DNA of 63,789 bases, the filler included, from Polymyxa betae A26-41 (lineage: Eukaryota; Protista; Endomyxa: Phytomyxea), in assembly GCA_003693705.1 (NCBI GenBank). It is 6 parts of 6 records of this genome, joined end to end, with 100 filler letters (N's around TTAATTAATTAA, not from the genome) between each part and the next. Parts side by side here need not be neighbours in the genome. Positions count along the whole stretch, not along the records: positions 1 to 10,608 come from RBZT01000235.1; positions 10,709 to 21,971 come from RBZT01000232.1; 4 more parts are not named here. One strand, given 5' to 3'. Shown here piece after piece: positions 1-13,089 of this stretch. Within the stretch, counting starts at the first letter, position 1; every line of letters starts with the position of its first letter. Below the pieces are notes generated by a model. It did no database searches. It saw nothing but the letters and a program-made list of their open reading frames with translations, and was not told where the DNA came from. The translations under genes and the position numbers were made by a program.

Positions 1-271
1 TTTTTTTTTGATTTTTTTGAGTTTTACGACCATACAAAAAGGGTATTTTGCGAGTTATTTTTTACCATTTTGAAGTTTTTTTGCGAGTTCTAAAAAATAT
101 AAAAATTGATTATCAAAAACATATAGATTAATTACTATTTATGTTTTTATATAATTTAAAATCAATTTAAAATATACAACTGGTTAGGTGCGGATGATTT
201 GGATTAATATATGGGTTTAATCCCGATTTTTTTGAAAAGTTTTTAAAAAAATTCAATTTTTAACACCACAG

Positions 272-450
272 ACAAGGAGACCAGATTGTCATTTTCAGAA
301 CTCAAAACCAAAAATGACACGTTATAGGGTCTTATAACGTGTCATTTTTAGAATGTATTTTCAAAAATGACGCATTAAAAGGTCTTTTAATACTCTATAA
401 CGAGTCATTTTTGGTTTTGAGTTCTGAAAATGACAATCTGGTCTCCTTGT
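272..450. mobile_element. MITE / foldback element with ~57-bp terminal inverted repeats
   Basis: ACAAGGAGACCAGATTGTCATTTTCAGAACTCAAAACCAAAAATGAC at 272 is the reverse complement of the sequence ending CTGGTCTCCTTGT at 450; a second inverted repeat is nested inside; TA follows the CCTTG terminus. Confidence 0.75.
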
Positions 451-1469
451 AATATCTAAGGAATAATTATTCCGGAATCCCTGTACGGTAGTAGGTGAAA
501 AGTCCGCCGCGGAATTTTGCAACTATATGAATGTCCTCTAGTATGCTTTACCTATATAATTCGCATTTCAAAATAATACAGTTCATTCTGTTAGAGGCTG
601 GTTCAAGTGGAATAAATGCGCATGCGCAATTCACCGGAATTTTCCATTCCACCAATTAGATTGCCCGTCCCGCATTTTCCGACGCAATTTCTCTGGTAAT
701 CGTCTGGGGGATGTCATTATCAAACGAAGCTATTGCTGGAATTGTCGGTAGTCTTAATGCTCTAATTAATGTCATTGCTCATTTGAGTTCCGAGTGCTGC
801 CCAAATGGTAACTGAGGTCGCTTCCAATTGTGATGGTCGGGCCTATCGAGCATCAATTTCTCGAATAGATTCTATCCGATATCCACAGTTTCCGGTAGCA
901 AATGACTCAGCAATTTTGATGGTCGCCCTCTTGCCCGCTTGTTCGTCGCATGGCTAGACGCAGTGGAAGGAGCTAGTCTCGGGACCGACTCAGTCGACAT
1001 GGCTGACGTCCAGAAATGGAAAATTGCATAGAATGCAACTCCCAGTGGGCGCAACCCTGGCGCAACCCTATAAAAATCTGCTGCTGCATTTTCCGCCCGC
1101 TGTACTTTTCAACCTCATTTCCTTTATTACGCATTTATTCCCCGTTTTTTTCACACTTGAACCTGCCTCTAAAAAGGAAATTCTCTTTTTCCAACAGTAA
1201 CGAAAGGTCCGTGGTGGCGTCCGTGAAAAAGGCCGTACTGACTCTTTGGGACGGTGCCCGTGCAACTCTGTTGAAAGTCTGAGGACGACCGACTTGTCTT
1301 CTGACTTGAGCTACGAATATTGATCCTGAGGTTTGACAACCAATAACTGAATGAACTGTATTAATATGAAATGAGAAATATCAACGGTGCAGGTCGCCAT
1401 TTTTTGTCCGTGGCACTGTCAGGACATGCGTCCTGCGACCCAAATATGTGCGCATATTTACAGGCTCAC

Positions 1470-1791
1470 TGTTATGAACCAAGAATATACGAATAAACAA
1501 GGATAAGTTAATATGGAGAATATGTGAGATTTGGACAGCGCAAGCGTAGAAAATAGAAGCAGGACGAAGAGGGACACTACACGAAAGACTACCGAAGGGG
1601 AGGAATTAGAACCGAATACAAGAAAACACAAGATTTAGGTCCAGAAGATGCGTTAACCGAACTGGGCTATCCCCAGTTCGACAGCTGCAACATCTATCGT
1701 GTATTATCAATGGTAGGTATATGCAGTCAGTCAGTGACTGGAGCTGCATAATTGGTAGCGCCAGCGAGAGGCTGCGCGCTCGATTATGACA
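1470..1791 (-). repeat. 3' LTR of the chromodomain gypsy element
   Basis: Imperfect inverted termini TGTTATGA...TTATGACA directly downstream of the chromodomain; purine-rich GGGAATGTAA precedes it on the minus strand. Confidence 0.55.
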
Positions 1792-1803
1792 TTACATTCC
1801 CGT

Positions 1804-4510
1804 CTAGGTGCGTGCCAGGCTGCGAGGGAAAATCGCGATTAAATTGCTGGCACTTTTCAGGGCAGGTGTTGCTGAATCAAGAAAGTTTTTTGCAGGTTCC
1901 CAGGTTCTATCACAGTCAGTGTAGCCCTTCCACTGAACCAGATACTGCAGTTGATTGCGGTAAATGCGCGACTCGACGATATTCTGTCCTTCGTATAAAG
2001 GTTGATTCTCATCATCAATCACAATGGGCGGTGGATTGTGGATGGGTCGATCTGCAATAGAACTGACAATGCATCGCGCTAAGAGGGAGACGTGAAAAAC
2101 AAGGTGGATACGAAGATCGTCAGGGAGATGCGATTTATACGCTACTATGTTGATTTGCCGCTTGATAGAAAAAGGCCCGATCTTTCGCTCAGATAATTCT
2201 TGACAGGGTATTCTTAACTTAATACCAGCAGTTTTGAGCCAAACCTTATCGCCAGGTACGAAATGTGATGGCTGTTGTCGTTTTCTATCCGCATAAAATT
2301 TCATTGATTCAACCGATTTTCGCAGGTTCTTTCTCAGAGTAGAGTTCGTCTGAGCTAAAATATCGACATCGGAAGTAACACTAGGATTAGGAATAGGAGA
2401 GTTGTTGCGCATGTCGAAACGTGGATGAAAACCATAATTTGCAAAAAATGGGCAAAAACCTGTTGAGGAATGGACAGAATTATTATACGCGAACTCAGCC
2501 ATCGGTAACAGCGAGTTCCAGTTAGTTTGTGATGTGTGAATAAAACAGCGGAAATAATGTTCTAAAACTTGATTTACCCGTTAAGTCTGGCCGTCTGATT
2601 GCGGGTGCCGAGCTGCGGACGGGTTCCTATCGATCTGTAGCTGCTGCAGCAAATGTTTCCAGAAATTACTGACGAACAGGTGGACCCCGATCTGAAACAA
2701 TGCTGTCCGGTAAGCCGTGCAATTATACAACATGAGTAAACACCAGGTTAGCGAGATCTGCACTTGTGGATGACTCTTTAGTTGGGATAAAATGAGCCAT
2801 TTTGGTGAATCGGTCGACTACTACTAAAATAGAGTCGAGATGGTGAACCTTGTGCAATTTAACGATATAGTCCATGGAAATAGCGGACCATGGCTTGCAA
2901 GGAATCGACAGCGGCAAAAGCTTCCCATAAGGTTTATGGCGTGAATCCTTTGCTCGAGAGCAAACATCGCATGACAGTACATAATCCTGAATCATCGCAT
3001 GCATACCGGGCCACCAAAAGTCCCGACTAACTAATTCCTGAGTTTTAGATACTCCAAGATGCCCAGAAAGAAGAGAGTCGTGTCGAGTTTTGAGAGACTC
3101 CAGACACTGTTTTTGCTCTAGAACGAATTCGCGTTGCCGATACAAAAGTTTACCGTTATCGATGCCGAAATCAGAAGCGTTATATTTCTCTAAACCATAG
3201 GCTGCTATCAATTCACGAATGTCCTCACGATCTAAAATCTGGATGCTGTTGATGAAGTTTTTCGAATCCAATACCGGCCTGGATGCTGAGTTTTTGAGGT
3301 ATAATCTGCCCGTCTAGATAACGCGTCAGCTTTTGCGTTCAGCGAACCGGGCCGATGCATGATTACGAACGAAAATTCTGACATAAATAGGGACCAACGC
3401 GCTTGGCGACGATCTAGATGTTTAGATGACATAAACCACTGTAGATTCCTATGGTCGCTCCAGATAATAACAGGATAAGCTGTTCCATCGAGGAAGTGCC
3501 GCCATTGTTGATACGCGGCTACGATGGCTAGTAATTCTCAATCATAAACTTCGTAATTAATCTCTGAGGGGGCCAGTTTCCCAGAAAGAAATCAATTGGA
3601 TGGTCGCCATCCTCGAAAGTTTGGGAAAGTATGGCACCGAGGGCGTAATCAGAAGCGTCAGCTTCTAAGATAAATTCGGGTCGAAAGTAGCTAAAACCGG
3701 AGCGAGTATGAAGTACTCTTTTAGGCTAAGAAATGCTTTGCGACAAATTAAATATTTAAATAAAAGGAACGTCCTTCCTTGTTAGAGCATAAAAAGGTCG
3801 ACATGTTTCCGAAAATTTCGAAATGAAGTTTCGGTAGAAATTTGGCAAATCCTAAAAACGACTGAATTTCTTTCACAGAGTGGGGCTCAGGCCAGGATTC
3901 GATAGACCTGACCCTTGCTGGATCCATTTTCAGAGATCTGTGAGAAATGAGGTAACCTAAGAAATCATCTTCGTTGGCATGGAATGCACACTTCTCTAAT
4001 TTTGCATACAACCCATTCGCGCGAAGGCGTGACAAAATCAGTCGAACATGGTCTATGTGGGCCGATTCAGATTCAGAATAAATAATGTCATCAAGATAAA
4101 CCAACATGCATCTTCCAATCATATCGCGAAAGATATCGTTCATCAAGTGCTGGAAGCACGCAGGTGCGTTTATCAAACCGAACGGCATTTCAAGATATTC
4201 GAACAGACCAAAAACGGTGCGAAAAGCCGTCTTCCATTCGTGCCTTTCTTTAATACGAACAAGTTTGTATGCGCCACGTAGATCGATTTTCGTAAAGATC
4301 CTGCCTGAAGAAGCATCTGATAACAAAGACGAAATTAGGGGAAGAGGATATCGATTCTTGATAGTTATTTGATTTAGTCGGCGGTAATCCACACATGGAC
4401 GAAGAGGGTTATCCTTCTTTGGTACAAACATTACCGGCAAACTACAAGGCGATTTTGAAGGTCTGATAAAACCCTTTTTTATATCGTCCTCTATATATTG
4501 TCGCAACGTA
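1804..4510 (-). mobile_element. Degenerate Ty3/gypsy chromovirus pol (RT-RNase H-integrase-chromodomain), 5'-truncated
   Basis: RT motifs CVDYRRLN, KIDLRGAY, YLDDI; RNase H EADASDYALGA and NAKADALSR; integrase H-x6-H/C-x2-[17 protein letters not shown]; chromodomain QYLVQWKGY..RTWEP; several frameshifts and stops. Confidence 0.95.
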
Positions 4511-6112
4511 TTTGTCTCCCATTTGGACAGCTCGTAAATTGGGCCAAACGATGGATGTTTTCCGTCTTCTAATTCTATCGAGCAGTCGTATGGCCGGTGT
4601 AGGGGCAGAGTGTCGGCGTTCTTCTTTGAAAAAACATCAGAAAATATTTACAGAGCAGGTCGCCACCCATATCAATAATATCAAAAAAGTGACGACCAAA
4701 TTCGGCGAGCGGTTCGGATGACAACAAGCTGCGACAGCAAGGCATAGCATAGCGACACCAGATTTTGCAGCAAGCAGCATCGATCGTACGATGATGAAGT
4801 GCATTGACAGACAGGTGAGCGAAATGATCACAAGGATCCTCGCTGACAAACGATTAGCCCCAAATTAACCTACGGCTTTGAAGTTGTTGGAATTTTATAT
4901 TCAGTTTGCTTAGATGCTGCTGAAGCTGGATGCTTAGTGAGACAGTATTATTGTTGGCTATGATGACGATGGATCGTTTTCACCCTATAGTTCGACTGCG
5001 AACCCTCTCTTTTCTCATCGGCAAGTTCATTCACCCCTAGATTGACAATGCTGCTTCCTTCACCTTTCGTTTCCGATTGTGCACTCTTTCGGTATCTTTG
5101 ATTTGCCTTTGCTACTCATAATCATTTATTAAATATTTCTCTGACAACATATTTTCGTTTTGCTTTATAGGAAAGAACTCAGCCTCGATTCTTAATATTC
5201 TTCTAGGTACATTTCCCTATCTGGTAGTTTGAATCTGGCTTCGACAAGGCATCTGTAATCATGCAGATTCATTAGCTGTTCTAATGGATCTCCATTTTAG
5301 TTGGCGGTGCTTTGAAATGGAGGAAATGTTCTGTTTCGAGCACATTTCCGCCTCAGCGACGAAGGGTAGCTTTCTGAACACGCTCTTATTGTCGCATTTA
5401 TCCACACTGAAAGGGAGGACAAGTACTTGGCAGCTGTTATATACTCCTTCGGTCAGTGGAAATGTAGGAAGACAATTCGTTTTGTCGGAAGTTTTGTTTG
5501 ACAGCGCTGTTCATTTTTGTTGTATTTTATCGTATCAGAATATATTAAACTCTACAATCTAACAATGATGCTGCCAAGTGTCCATGAATGGAAAATAGAA
5601 TACATCGGTGACGACATGTATGTATGAAGCTTGGCCACCATACATTGATCTTGTATCAAAACCGGCTATTTTCACAGCGTCGTACGTCTGGATTAAGATC
5701 GTCCTGATCGTGAAGCTGTATGCCATCAATCCGGCAGCCGTGCGCCTCGGAGCCGCTTACCGTAATACAAGCAAATTCTCTGTTTCATTTGGCCTGGCAT
5801 GCACACATCCATCTCTGTATTCGCTGATTTCTCAGCTTTTATAGCAGATTCAGCTTTTAAATCAGTTGCTTCATTCCAACACAGCATTCAAGCATGTCCT
5901 ATTTATGAGTACAATTTAGCTTTCCAGTGACTTTCTGTTCATAATCGTTGTGTCATCACATTCTTTAGCGTCAAAACCACATTTCAGTTTTCTACACTCT
6001 TCTGCTGCTTCTAGCATTGCTTGAATTTTTCAAAATGTTGATAGACTTCGTATTCAAGATAGGGTCGAATCCTCTTAGATACCAATCGGTTTTAACATCG
6101 AACTTTTATCGA

Positions 6113-8425
6113 TTAGCCCTCAACGAGCATCTGATCGAACGAAAACTCAAATTTCCAAACAGCTGGCTTCATAATTCTAAGAGACCATCGACCATCTATG
6201 AAATTTATTACACGTGAATTAAAGTAACTTAGAAATACAGATAAATTTTTTAATATCCAGTCGATGCTCTTCTCGTTGTTTGCCCGCTTTTCTTCAAAAC
6301 CTTGGGCGACGATACTTGCATTCTCTAGAAAATCTCTAGCTATTGTACGAGCTTGGTGCTCAATGGCGTTGATGACTAGTTTTCTTCGATTGAAGAAGCA
6401 TCGACCATGCTTTCCAACACACCATTTAGTTCCAGTATCCAGTTCAAGCGACTCCACAGACGGCCCTCTCCCTATACCATGCTTCCACTCTCGCCAAAGG
6501 TCAGTGATAGTAACGACTGCCCTGTTCATTTGGTACGTCCTGTTTTTAAGGGCAGATTCGATTCGATCCGGGGCAGCCAAAGTGGTCACTGAAGCGACCT
6601 GTGCTTGCACCACTGCTGGGCTAGCTTCTAAAAACGACACATTCAGGCGTACTGGCGCTACGCCCGTGGCAACATTCAGAAAAATGGACTCATTCTGGAT
6701 ACTTTTGCTGCGACTGGGCGAATTTCTGCAGTTACCGTAGCTTTAAGGTCGTGATGCAGATTGTCGATTCGCTTTGTTAGGTCCGGCATAGCAAGCTCTA
6801 GCCTCCGCTCGGTCGGGTCCAACGATTGCGACATAACGGTGTTGAGTTTATTGCGAAATCAATATACTCATGGTCACAAAAGATCGCATTGTTCCAAATG
6901 GGATGTGTTGGGTATCTATGCTTCAAAAGGACGGAATCCTGGAGAATAACGGGTCTGAGCTGCGGAAGTAGTTGTAAGAACCCTCCCGCTGCGATATTTT
7001 ATTCACAATCCTCGCCCCGTTCCATTCTGCCCAGCCATAATTCTACGTCCGGAAATATCTTCCTCAGCATCGACTCACGTGGAGCGACCGCAGCTCTCAT
7101 GATAAAGAAAGATCCAGCATCAGGGCTGAACCCTGCGAGAGTCCTCATAGCCCATGCAGAGGAAGGCTTGTGAGCTAAAAATTCTCCATCGATTTGTTAT
7201 TCCATCGCCCAAGGGTACGAATCTGGGCTTCTGTCGCACCAGCCAGCTCAGCCATTCTGGTTCCCGATCCCCTTACGGCATGAGTCTTTGCTTTGGATTG
7301 CAATCCGATCGCGGCAAGCATTTTTAGGAATCTTTTTTACGGTGTTTTTTAAGGCTTTTTAGGGGCCTTTTTGAAATGCAGCAGTAAACGATTGCAAATG
7401 GGTAGTATACGACATCTCTTTCGCTCTATTGTTTCCACATTTTAACAGTTTGATTTCATACCATCCTCGACTGGAGCTAAACGTCGGAAATGGCTCCCAT
7501 TCAACATGCCAACGCCAACAGAAATAGAATCCAACCGCTCCCCATGGACATATATCGACGTTCTTATTTCTCAGACATGCAGACACTTCAATTCTTTCGA
7601 ACTGATTTGTTTTCCCGTTTCTCATCATTACCACAAGAGCATGACATTCGCTGAACCCCTCGTTTCCCAAACGAATAGAGTGCATGTCGGGCAGATCCAT
7701 ACCCCTAAAAGATTCTCCACTGAGAACCGCATAATGAGAAAGGGCGAAAACGACCCAGTTTCGGAGGTTGGGACCGAATTCCCGCTGCCTAGTCCAAAAA
7801 TAAGCTCGCGATTTGGCGTATCTGCTCTGTTGAAGTGTATCCATCAAGGACTGGGCCGACACAGCGATCATTCGTAATTCGCTTTCCTAACTCGATCTTG
7901 TTCATAATGTGTGTTTTTGAGAAGAGCATGGACGTCAGAGTTACGAGGGTATGGGTTGGAAATGATACCCAATCGGCATTGCAGAGTGTATAGATCAACA
8001 ACAGCAGAGACAAATGCTTCGACCGTGGATTTTCCGACCACCCTGCCTGTTGCGTTGCCGCCAGATCTACTCCTCTTCCGCGACAGCCGACCAATTACCT
8101 CCTCTTCAAGAACAATGTGCAATTTCGGGCCGGTTACAGTGAACCTTGTTTCCTGAGGAAACTGCTTCTTAATACACCTTTGCTGGAATTCAACTTGTTT
8201 CGCCTTGTACGATTTCGATGTATTATCAGATATGATTTCGTTTGCACGAATATGGGCTCGGAAAATCGATTCTTGCATTTGAAGCTGAAGTTGGGCAATG
8301 GGACTCTCGTGAGAATTTCCGGTTAGCGTCAGTTCTGGACATGGTCCACTGTCACTGCTACTGGACACAGAAGGCTTGATGGTGATGTCTAGACAAAGAG
8401 ATAGGAATCTAACGACAAACCGCAA
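6113..8425 (-). mobile_element. CryptonF-type tyrosine-recombinase transposon gene (NDC10-II-like YR plus GCR1_C domain), frameshifted
   Basis: GKTNQF, CLRNKNVDICPWGAVGFY, KTHAVRGSGTRMAELAG...LGRWN (~7200-7290) and C-terminal YQMNRAVVTITDLWREWKHGIGRGPSVESLE match the fungal/oomycete Crypton architecture. Confidence 0.85.
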
Positions 8426-8487
8426 AAACGTCCCAGCAAAACTCGCAAACTAACTCAGATCCCAGTTCGGTGATTCTCTCGAAGTCA

Positions 8488-9029
8488 TGGCTGATCTCAA
8501 TCACGAATTATCATTGACACGTGCTGATCGCACTTATCTGCTGTGGGCTCTAAATTTCTTAAAATGTTACGAAACAGAAGACGTGGCTCGCAAAAACTTG
8601 GCATGTAACTACGATAACGTATCGGAAGCATGTTTTAAACATGGTTGAGCGGATCGCCGAGTTGATTTGGTATGTAATTTTAGTATTAACATGTTGAAGA
8701 AGTCCATCAATAAACAGTTTGCTGCATACGTATATACTTAATTTTTCGTTTACTGCGGTGTCCTAAAACTGCTTGCTCAGATCAAGCTCGAGAACCGATT
8801 CATAAACTGGGAGCATAATGTCCAGTCAATGTCGATCGATGGAAAAAATTTCTTCATTCATGAGCAAAGGCCAATATGCAAAGGAGATTACCCGCACAAA
8901 TTTCGGCATGCTGGCTTACGATATGAGATTGGCGTCGCATTAGGCTCCTCGAATATCGTACATATAGCAGGGGATTATCCAGCAGGCAGCTGGCCTGATA
9001 TCAAAATCGCACGAGAATGCTTGGTATAG
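8488..9029 (+). pseudogene. PIF/Harbinger-ISL2EU-like (DDE_Tnp_4) transposase fragment
   Basis: YLLWALNFLKCYETE, MSIDGKNF, HKFRHAGLRYEIGVA...YPAGSWPDIKI. Confidence 0.7.
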
Positions 9030-9419
9030 AAATTGATGATGAGATCAATTGATCATTTACTGAATGAATTTCTTGATAGGGGTGGGAAGTTTTAATAGTT
9101 GATTATAAGTCCGCTTTGATGACTCACAGTCAAGATGTCTACAGGAGGGAGAACGCTGGAGAAGTACTATTGCACGCGTTAGATGCGTGGTGACTTGAAT
9201 GGAGGCCACGCAATGTCTGCACAGACGTGATTGGCAGTTTCAACACCCCCCCCCCTCGTCAGTGCATACTCTTCATTATGACCAATAGAGGACGGTTCCT
9301 GAAATTCAATCTAGGAATTCCTAGACTAAATTTCTGTGACTGGAAGTTTTAGGTTTAGGCAGCCCTAAACACCTATCGTCCCGGAAATACATTTTCTATA
9401 ATTTTTCAATAGGGTCATT

Positions 9420-10400
9420 TTATTCATAATGCGGGAGATTGAAGATTCCTTCTGCCTCCTTTTCCAGCTCGGGCATATCAACGTTGCGGATTTGGTTTAT
9501 GCCAACCATCCTGGTCCTCGCGTTGTGCAGCGCTGATATCATACGCACCACAATTCGTCGGTGACACCGTTCTTCATCAGGAAAACGGCCTTGAGGCGAG
9601 GGAATCCGCCTTGCATTGCCCGCATTCCCCACTCTGCTGGCTGTCGGGCACTGAAGACTTGCTGCTCGAATCCGAGCTCTTGTGCGCTCTGTGGTCCATC
9701 GTCGTTCGCCTTCGAGGCGCGAGCAATTGAGCAATAGCCGCCTTGGGGAAATGCGGAATCGGCGATCACTCTAGCTCCGAACTGTTCGTACATCGCGATG
9801 AACATTTCATAGAGCCCGCCTGCTTTCGCAACTTCTGCATCATGCCAACTCCCTAAATGCGAATAAAATCAAACTTATCTGAAATTCATGTACGTAAGCA
9901 TCGGAAACCTGGAGCATTCAGAATCAGGAATGCCATGCAGCCGTCCGGAGTGAAACGAACAGGTTTCCAATATAGAAATCGGCCGTCCAGCCGCTGTAGT
10001 ACGAGTTCTGTATCAAGCAATCATCGCATTCAGAAAGGTAATGTTTAAGGCCATCAACCACCGCCCAGAAATTATCCAACAATTTGTGCCTCTCCCTAAT
10101 CGCTTCGATGAACTGTGGCATTGTCGCAGCATTTGGAACGACGATGCGTGCCTCGACAATCGTGACGAAGGACATTATCGAGGATGTGAATACCGAATGC
10201 TAGACAGGTTTCACATACCGATGACGTGACCCCGAAAATTATGGTCAACACCCAGATTGGGCATCTATGCATGCACAGAATCAGCATCATCGAGGAGAAG
10301 CAGTCTGACCCACAGCAATACCTAGTTCGGCACCATAGAAACACCAATCCTAGATGGTCTTCGCATCGCATTAAACGACGACGACGCTGGTTGCTACGTC
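9420..10400 (-). pseudogene. PIF/Harbinger (DDE_Tnp_4) transposase, disrupted
   Basis: WAVVDGLK, QNSYYSGW, GSWHDA, IADSAFP, SARQPAEWGMRAMQGGFPRL, LHNARTRMVGINQI. Confidence 0.85.
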
Positions 10401-10608
10401 GAACTCGGATGAAACCATCTTTTGAATGCTGCGTATACAGCTGATATTTAGTTTCGAATCGCTTTATCTTTGCCGAAACGCGACGTGATCAAACCCGGTC
10501 GCCACAAGCAAAGCTGAGTCGTGACCACTGCCCCACAGCATTATTCATGGAGAATTAACAGGCCATAGCAACGATGCTCGGGGAATCTTGTTGTGTGTCG
10601 ACATATTC

Positions 10609-10708
10609 NNNNNNNNNNNNNNNNNNNNNNNNNNNNNNNNNNNNNNNNNNNNTTAATTAATTAANNNNNNNNNNNNNNNNNNNNNNNNNNNNNNNNNNNN
10701 NNNNNNNN
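10609..10708. other. Assembly linker (also at 21972-22071, 34442-34541, 54594-54693, 61265-61364)
   Basis: N-run, TTAATTAATTAA six-frame stop, N-run; 100 nt each. Confidence 0.98.
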
Positions 10709-10936
10709 AGCAGCTGACGCATCTTCATTCGTTCAGGAGTCATGATGTTTGGAGTCTTCATCCGAAATTGTTTCAGCAACTCAACAGATACAGGGCCAGT
10801 ACGGGGGTGATCAATCCAGGCTTCCCGAGGCCAGTAAGCATCCCGTATGTCAGACAGCTCGATTTCGTAGCTGCCTGATCGTTGACGTTTGCCTGGATTT
10901 CAGGTAGTCAATTATTACATATTTGGGTGATATTTT

Positions 10937-11239
10937 TCAGAGCATAAACTTACGTGCAGTATCAACCTTGAATAACTGATGATCAAGTGGCGCGACAAAC
11001 CTGAGACCTCTCACCAGAATTTCTTCATTTGAAGGGCTTGTCGACACCGAAGGAACGTTACTTTCGAATAGAACTCGAACGACCCTAACCCCTCTTTCGA
11101 ACTGCAAATCGACATCATGACCATGAACGATGCCAACATGTTGATGGGGACTATTTTCCTCTGACAGCAAAGCGACCCTTGCGACAGGTTTTCCTTCCAA
11201 TAAGAAGAAAACAACAGAGCCTGGAGCTGCACTCTCCAT
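10937..11239 (-). CDS. Hypothetical; weak resemblance to a CACTA TNP1 (Transposase_23)-like C-terminal domain
   Basis: ORF of 100 aa with a VA..L...VHG..V...V.VV.V pattern. Confidence 0.25.
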   Translation of the reverse strand: MESAAPGSVVFFLLEGKPVARVALLSEENSPHQHVGIVHGHDVDLQFERGVRVVRVLFESNVPSVSTSPSNEEILVRGLRFVAPLDHQLFKVDTARKFML

Positions 11240-11897
11240 TACAAACGTGTTTTGATGCAGTTAATGAGTCTATTGCACGCAATTTTTCCAAACGCACTGA
11301 CGCATTTTATTACAACAGTGGCGCACTATTACGCCGTCACTCGCGCTGTTTTTGATTCGAATCTGAACGTGGCTGCGCAGACACCGTACGCACTCCGTGC
11401 ACCCTCTTGTCCTCATTAGGGTTAGGGTTCACCTTTTATTGTCGACTTCACACCAAGATCAAGTCTTGCGCCTGGGCCCGGCTATGACTAGAGGCGATAT
11501 GATGAGGTGTACGGCCCTCTGTCGCGAGGGCCGGTCTCCTGAAAAAATGGACGACCCCTCTTCTCTTCACGCCTACTTGTATGTCTGAAGCCGTTACCTG
11601 GGCCATCCTGCAATGGTATCAGAAAGTCTTACATGCTCTTTTCCGATGTCTATTCAAGCCAAGTGTAAAATCCATACGGCCCGTTTTAGGGTGCTTAATA
11701 CCGGTGGATCTTGGCTGCTGTCGGCATAGAGCTGTAGAATCTTACGTACCAATTGTACAGCTACCTGTGAAACGGCCGGTCTCCTGGTCAAAATGTTGAC
11801 CAGTGGTTTGTGTTTTACGTTCTTCTGTCTTTCTTGGAAAATGATAGAACCTGTAAAAGCCGCCTGAAAGCAAGTATTCTTGCCGGGATTACTTATA

Positions 11898-12083
11898 TTG
11901 CATATGAAAGAGATTCTTGGCAATTTTAATTTAATTGCTTACGGGTGATGTATTGGCTGATCTGGCTAGGCTGAGAATAACTTTGACCAATAAACTTCAA
12001 AACAGATATTACTTTACTTTGTTCGAGATTGATTGATTAGAAATAGCTGCGATTTTTTTGTAAAAATTTAATTTATCCTGATT
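11898..12083. repeat. Dispersed ~190-bp repeat, copy 1
   Basis: Clearly alignable by eye to 63602-63789 (ATATGAAAGAGATTC...TTTATCCTGATT). Confidence 0.85.
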
Positions 12084-12399
12084 GCGTTTCTCTGCAATTA
12101 TTCGGTGATTACATGCGTTTTAGATATGTAAATTTTACGCAGATGCTCATGCAAATATCTGCAATGCTCCCCAAATATCTGTCAGCAGAATCTGCGATTT
12201 CACGCATTTCGACTTGCAAAATTCGGCGTGAGCTTGCGAAATGGCCGTGAAAATTAGCAGGTCCGAAAATGCGGTAAAACGCAGGTCTGCGCAGTTCCGG
12301 TGCAGTATTGTTGTCAATTGTGATGGGTCCCTAAAAAAAAGCTGTTCTGTGGGCCGGGGAATCATAACTGCATTCCAAAAAACGCGGACCAGCTTCTAG

Positions 12400-13089
12400 A
12401 TGTTGCGGAAGAGGTACATTTTGAATCCCATTAGAGATCTGATCGCAAAAATGCAGATGAGATCAATGATTGATCGTATCGCAAGCTCAGAACGACATCT
12501 GACTGCAACGGAAACCTGGCAAAACATTTCAAGTTCCATAAATTCAAAATATCAGGATGCTCCCATCAGAATGTTAAAAAAGCAGAAGCTATTTCGCGAA
12601 TTTACTATTTTAAGAATGGTGAATTGAAAGCATATAGACTACGGGATATTGAGGAAAACGAGCTGGGTCTGAAATCTGATCATTCAGAGCCTTTCTGGCG
12701 TTCAACACTCCTGTTTATGAGGGAACGACCCAGCATAGGCTTGCTGGATGGGGGATTCCAGGCTTATAAAAGCTTTGAAAACCCCAACATTCATCTTTTT
12801 GTTGATGGAACGTTTCGCATTGTCCCTAAACCTTTCCAACAGCTGATGATTTTTATGGCTCGTGATCACGATACTGACTTATATCGCCCAGTTTTTTAAG
12901 TATTAATGTCTGCCCGGACAGCTTTTTTGTTTCGGTTTGCTCTCAACCTCATCAACGCTGTTATTGGATGTCCCATACGTGCAACGCATATTTTCTGTGA
13001 CTTCGAATCTGCGCTAGTCAGTGCAATTATGGGTCAGTTCGATACGCAAGAACTGCATTTGCCTTAATCGTGACCTGTTTTATAGGTAT
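12400..13089 (+). pseudogene. MULE (Mutator-like) transposase, 5' part
   Basis: FVDGTFRIVPKPFQQLMIF, FCDFESALVSAI; interrupted at the CxFH-K-ALR motif by a Copia. Confidence 0.85.

Noticed and set aside
10653-10664. Recurrent TTAATTAATTAA palindrome
   Set aside because: Always centred in N-runs; an artificial contig linker, so adjacency across it carries no meaning
11415-11432. TTAGGGTTAGGG as a chromosome-end telomere (also ~44994)
   Set aside because: Only two units, interstitial and with no clear intron context
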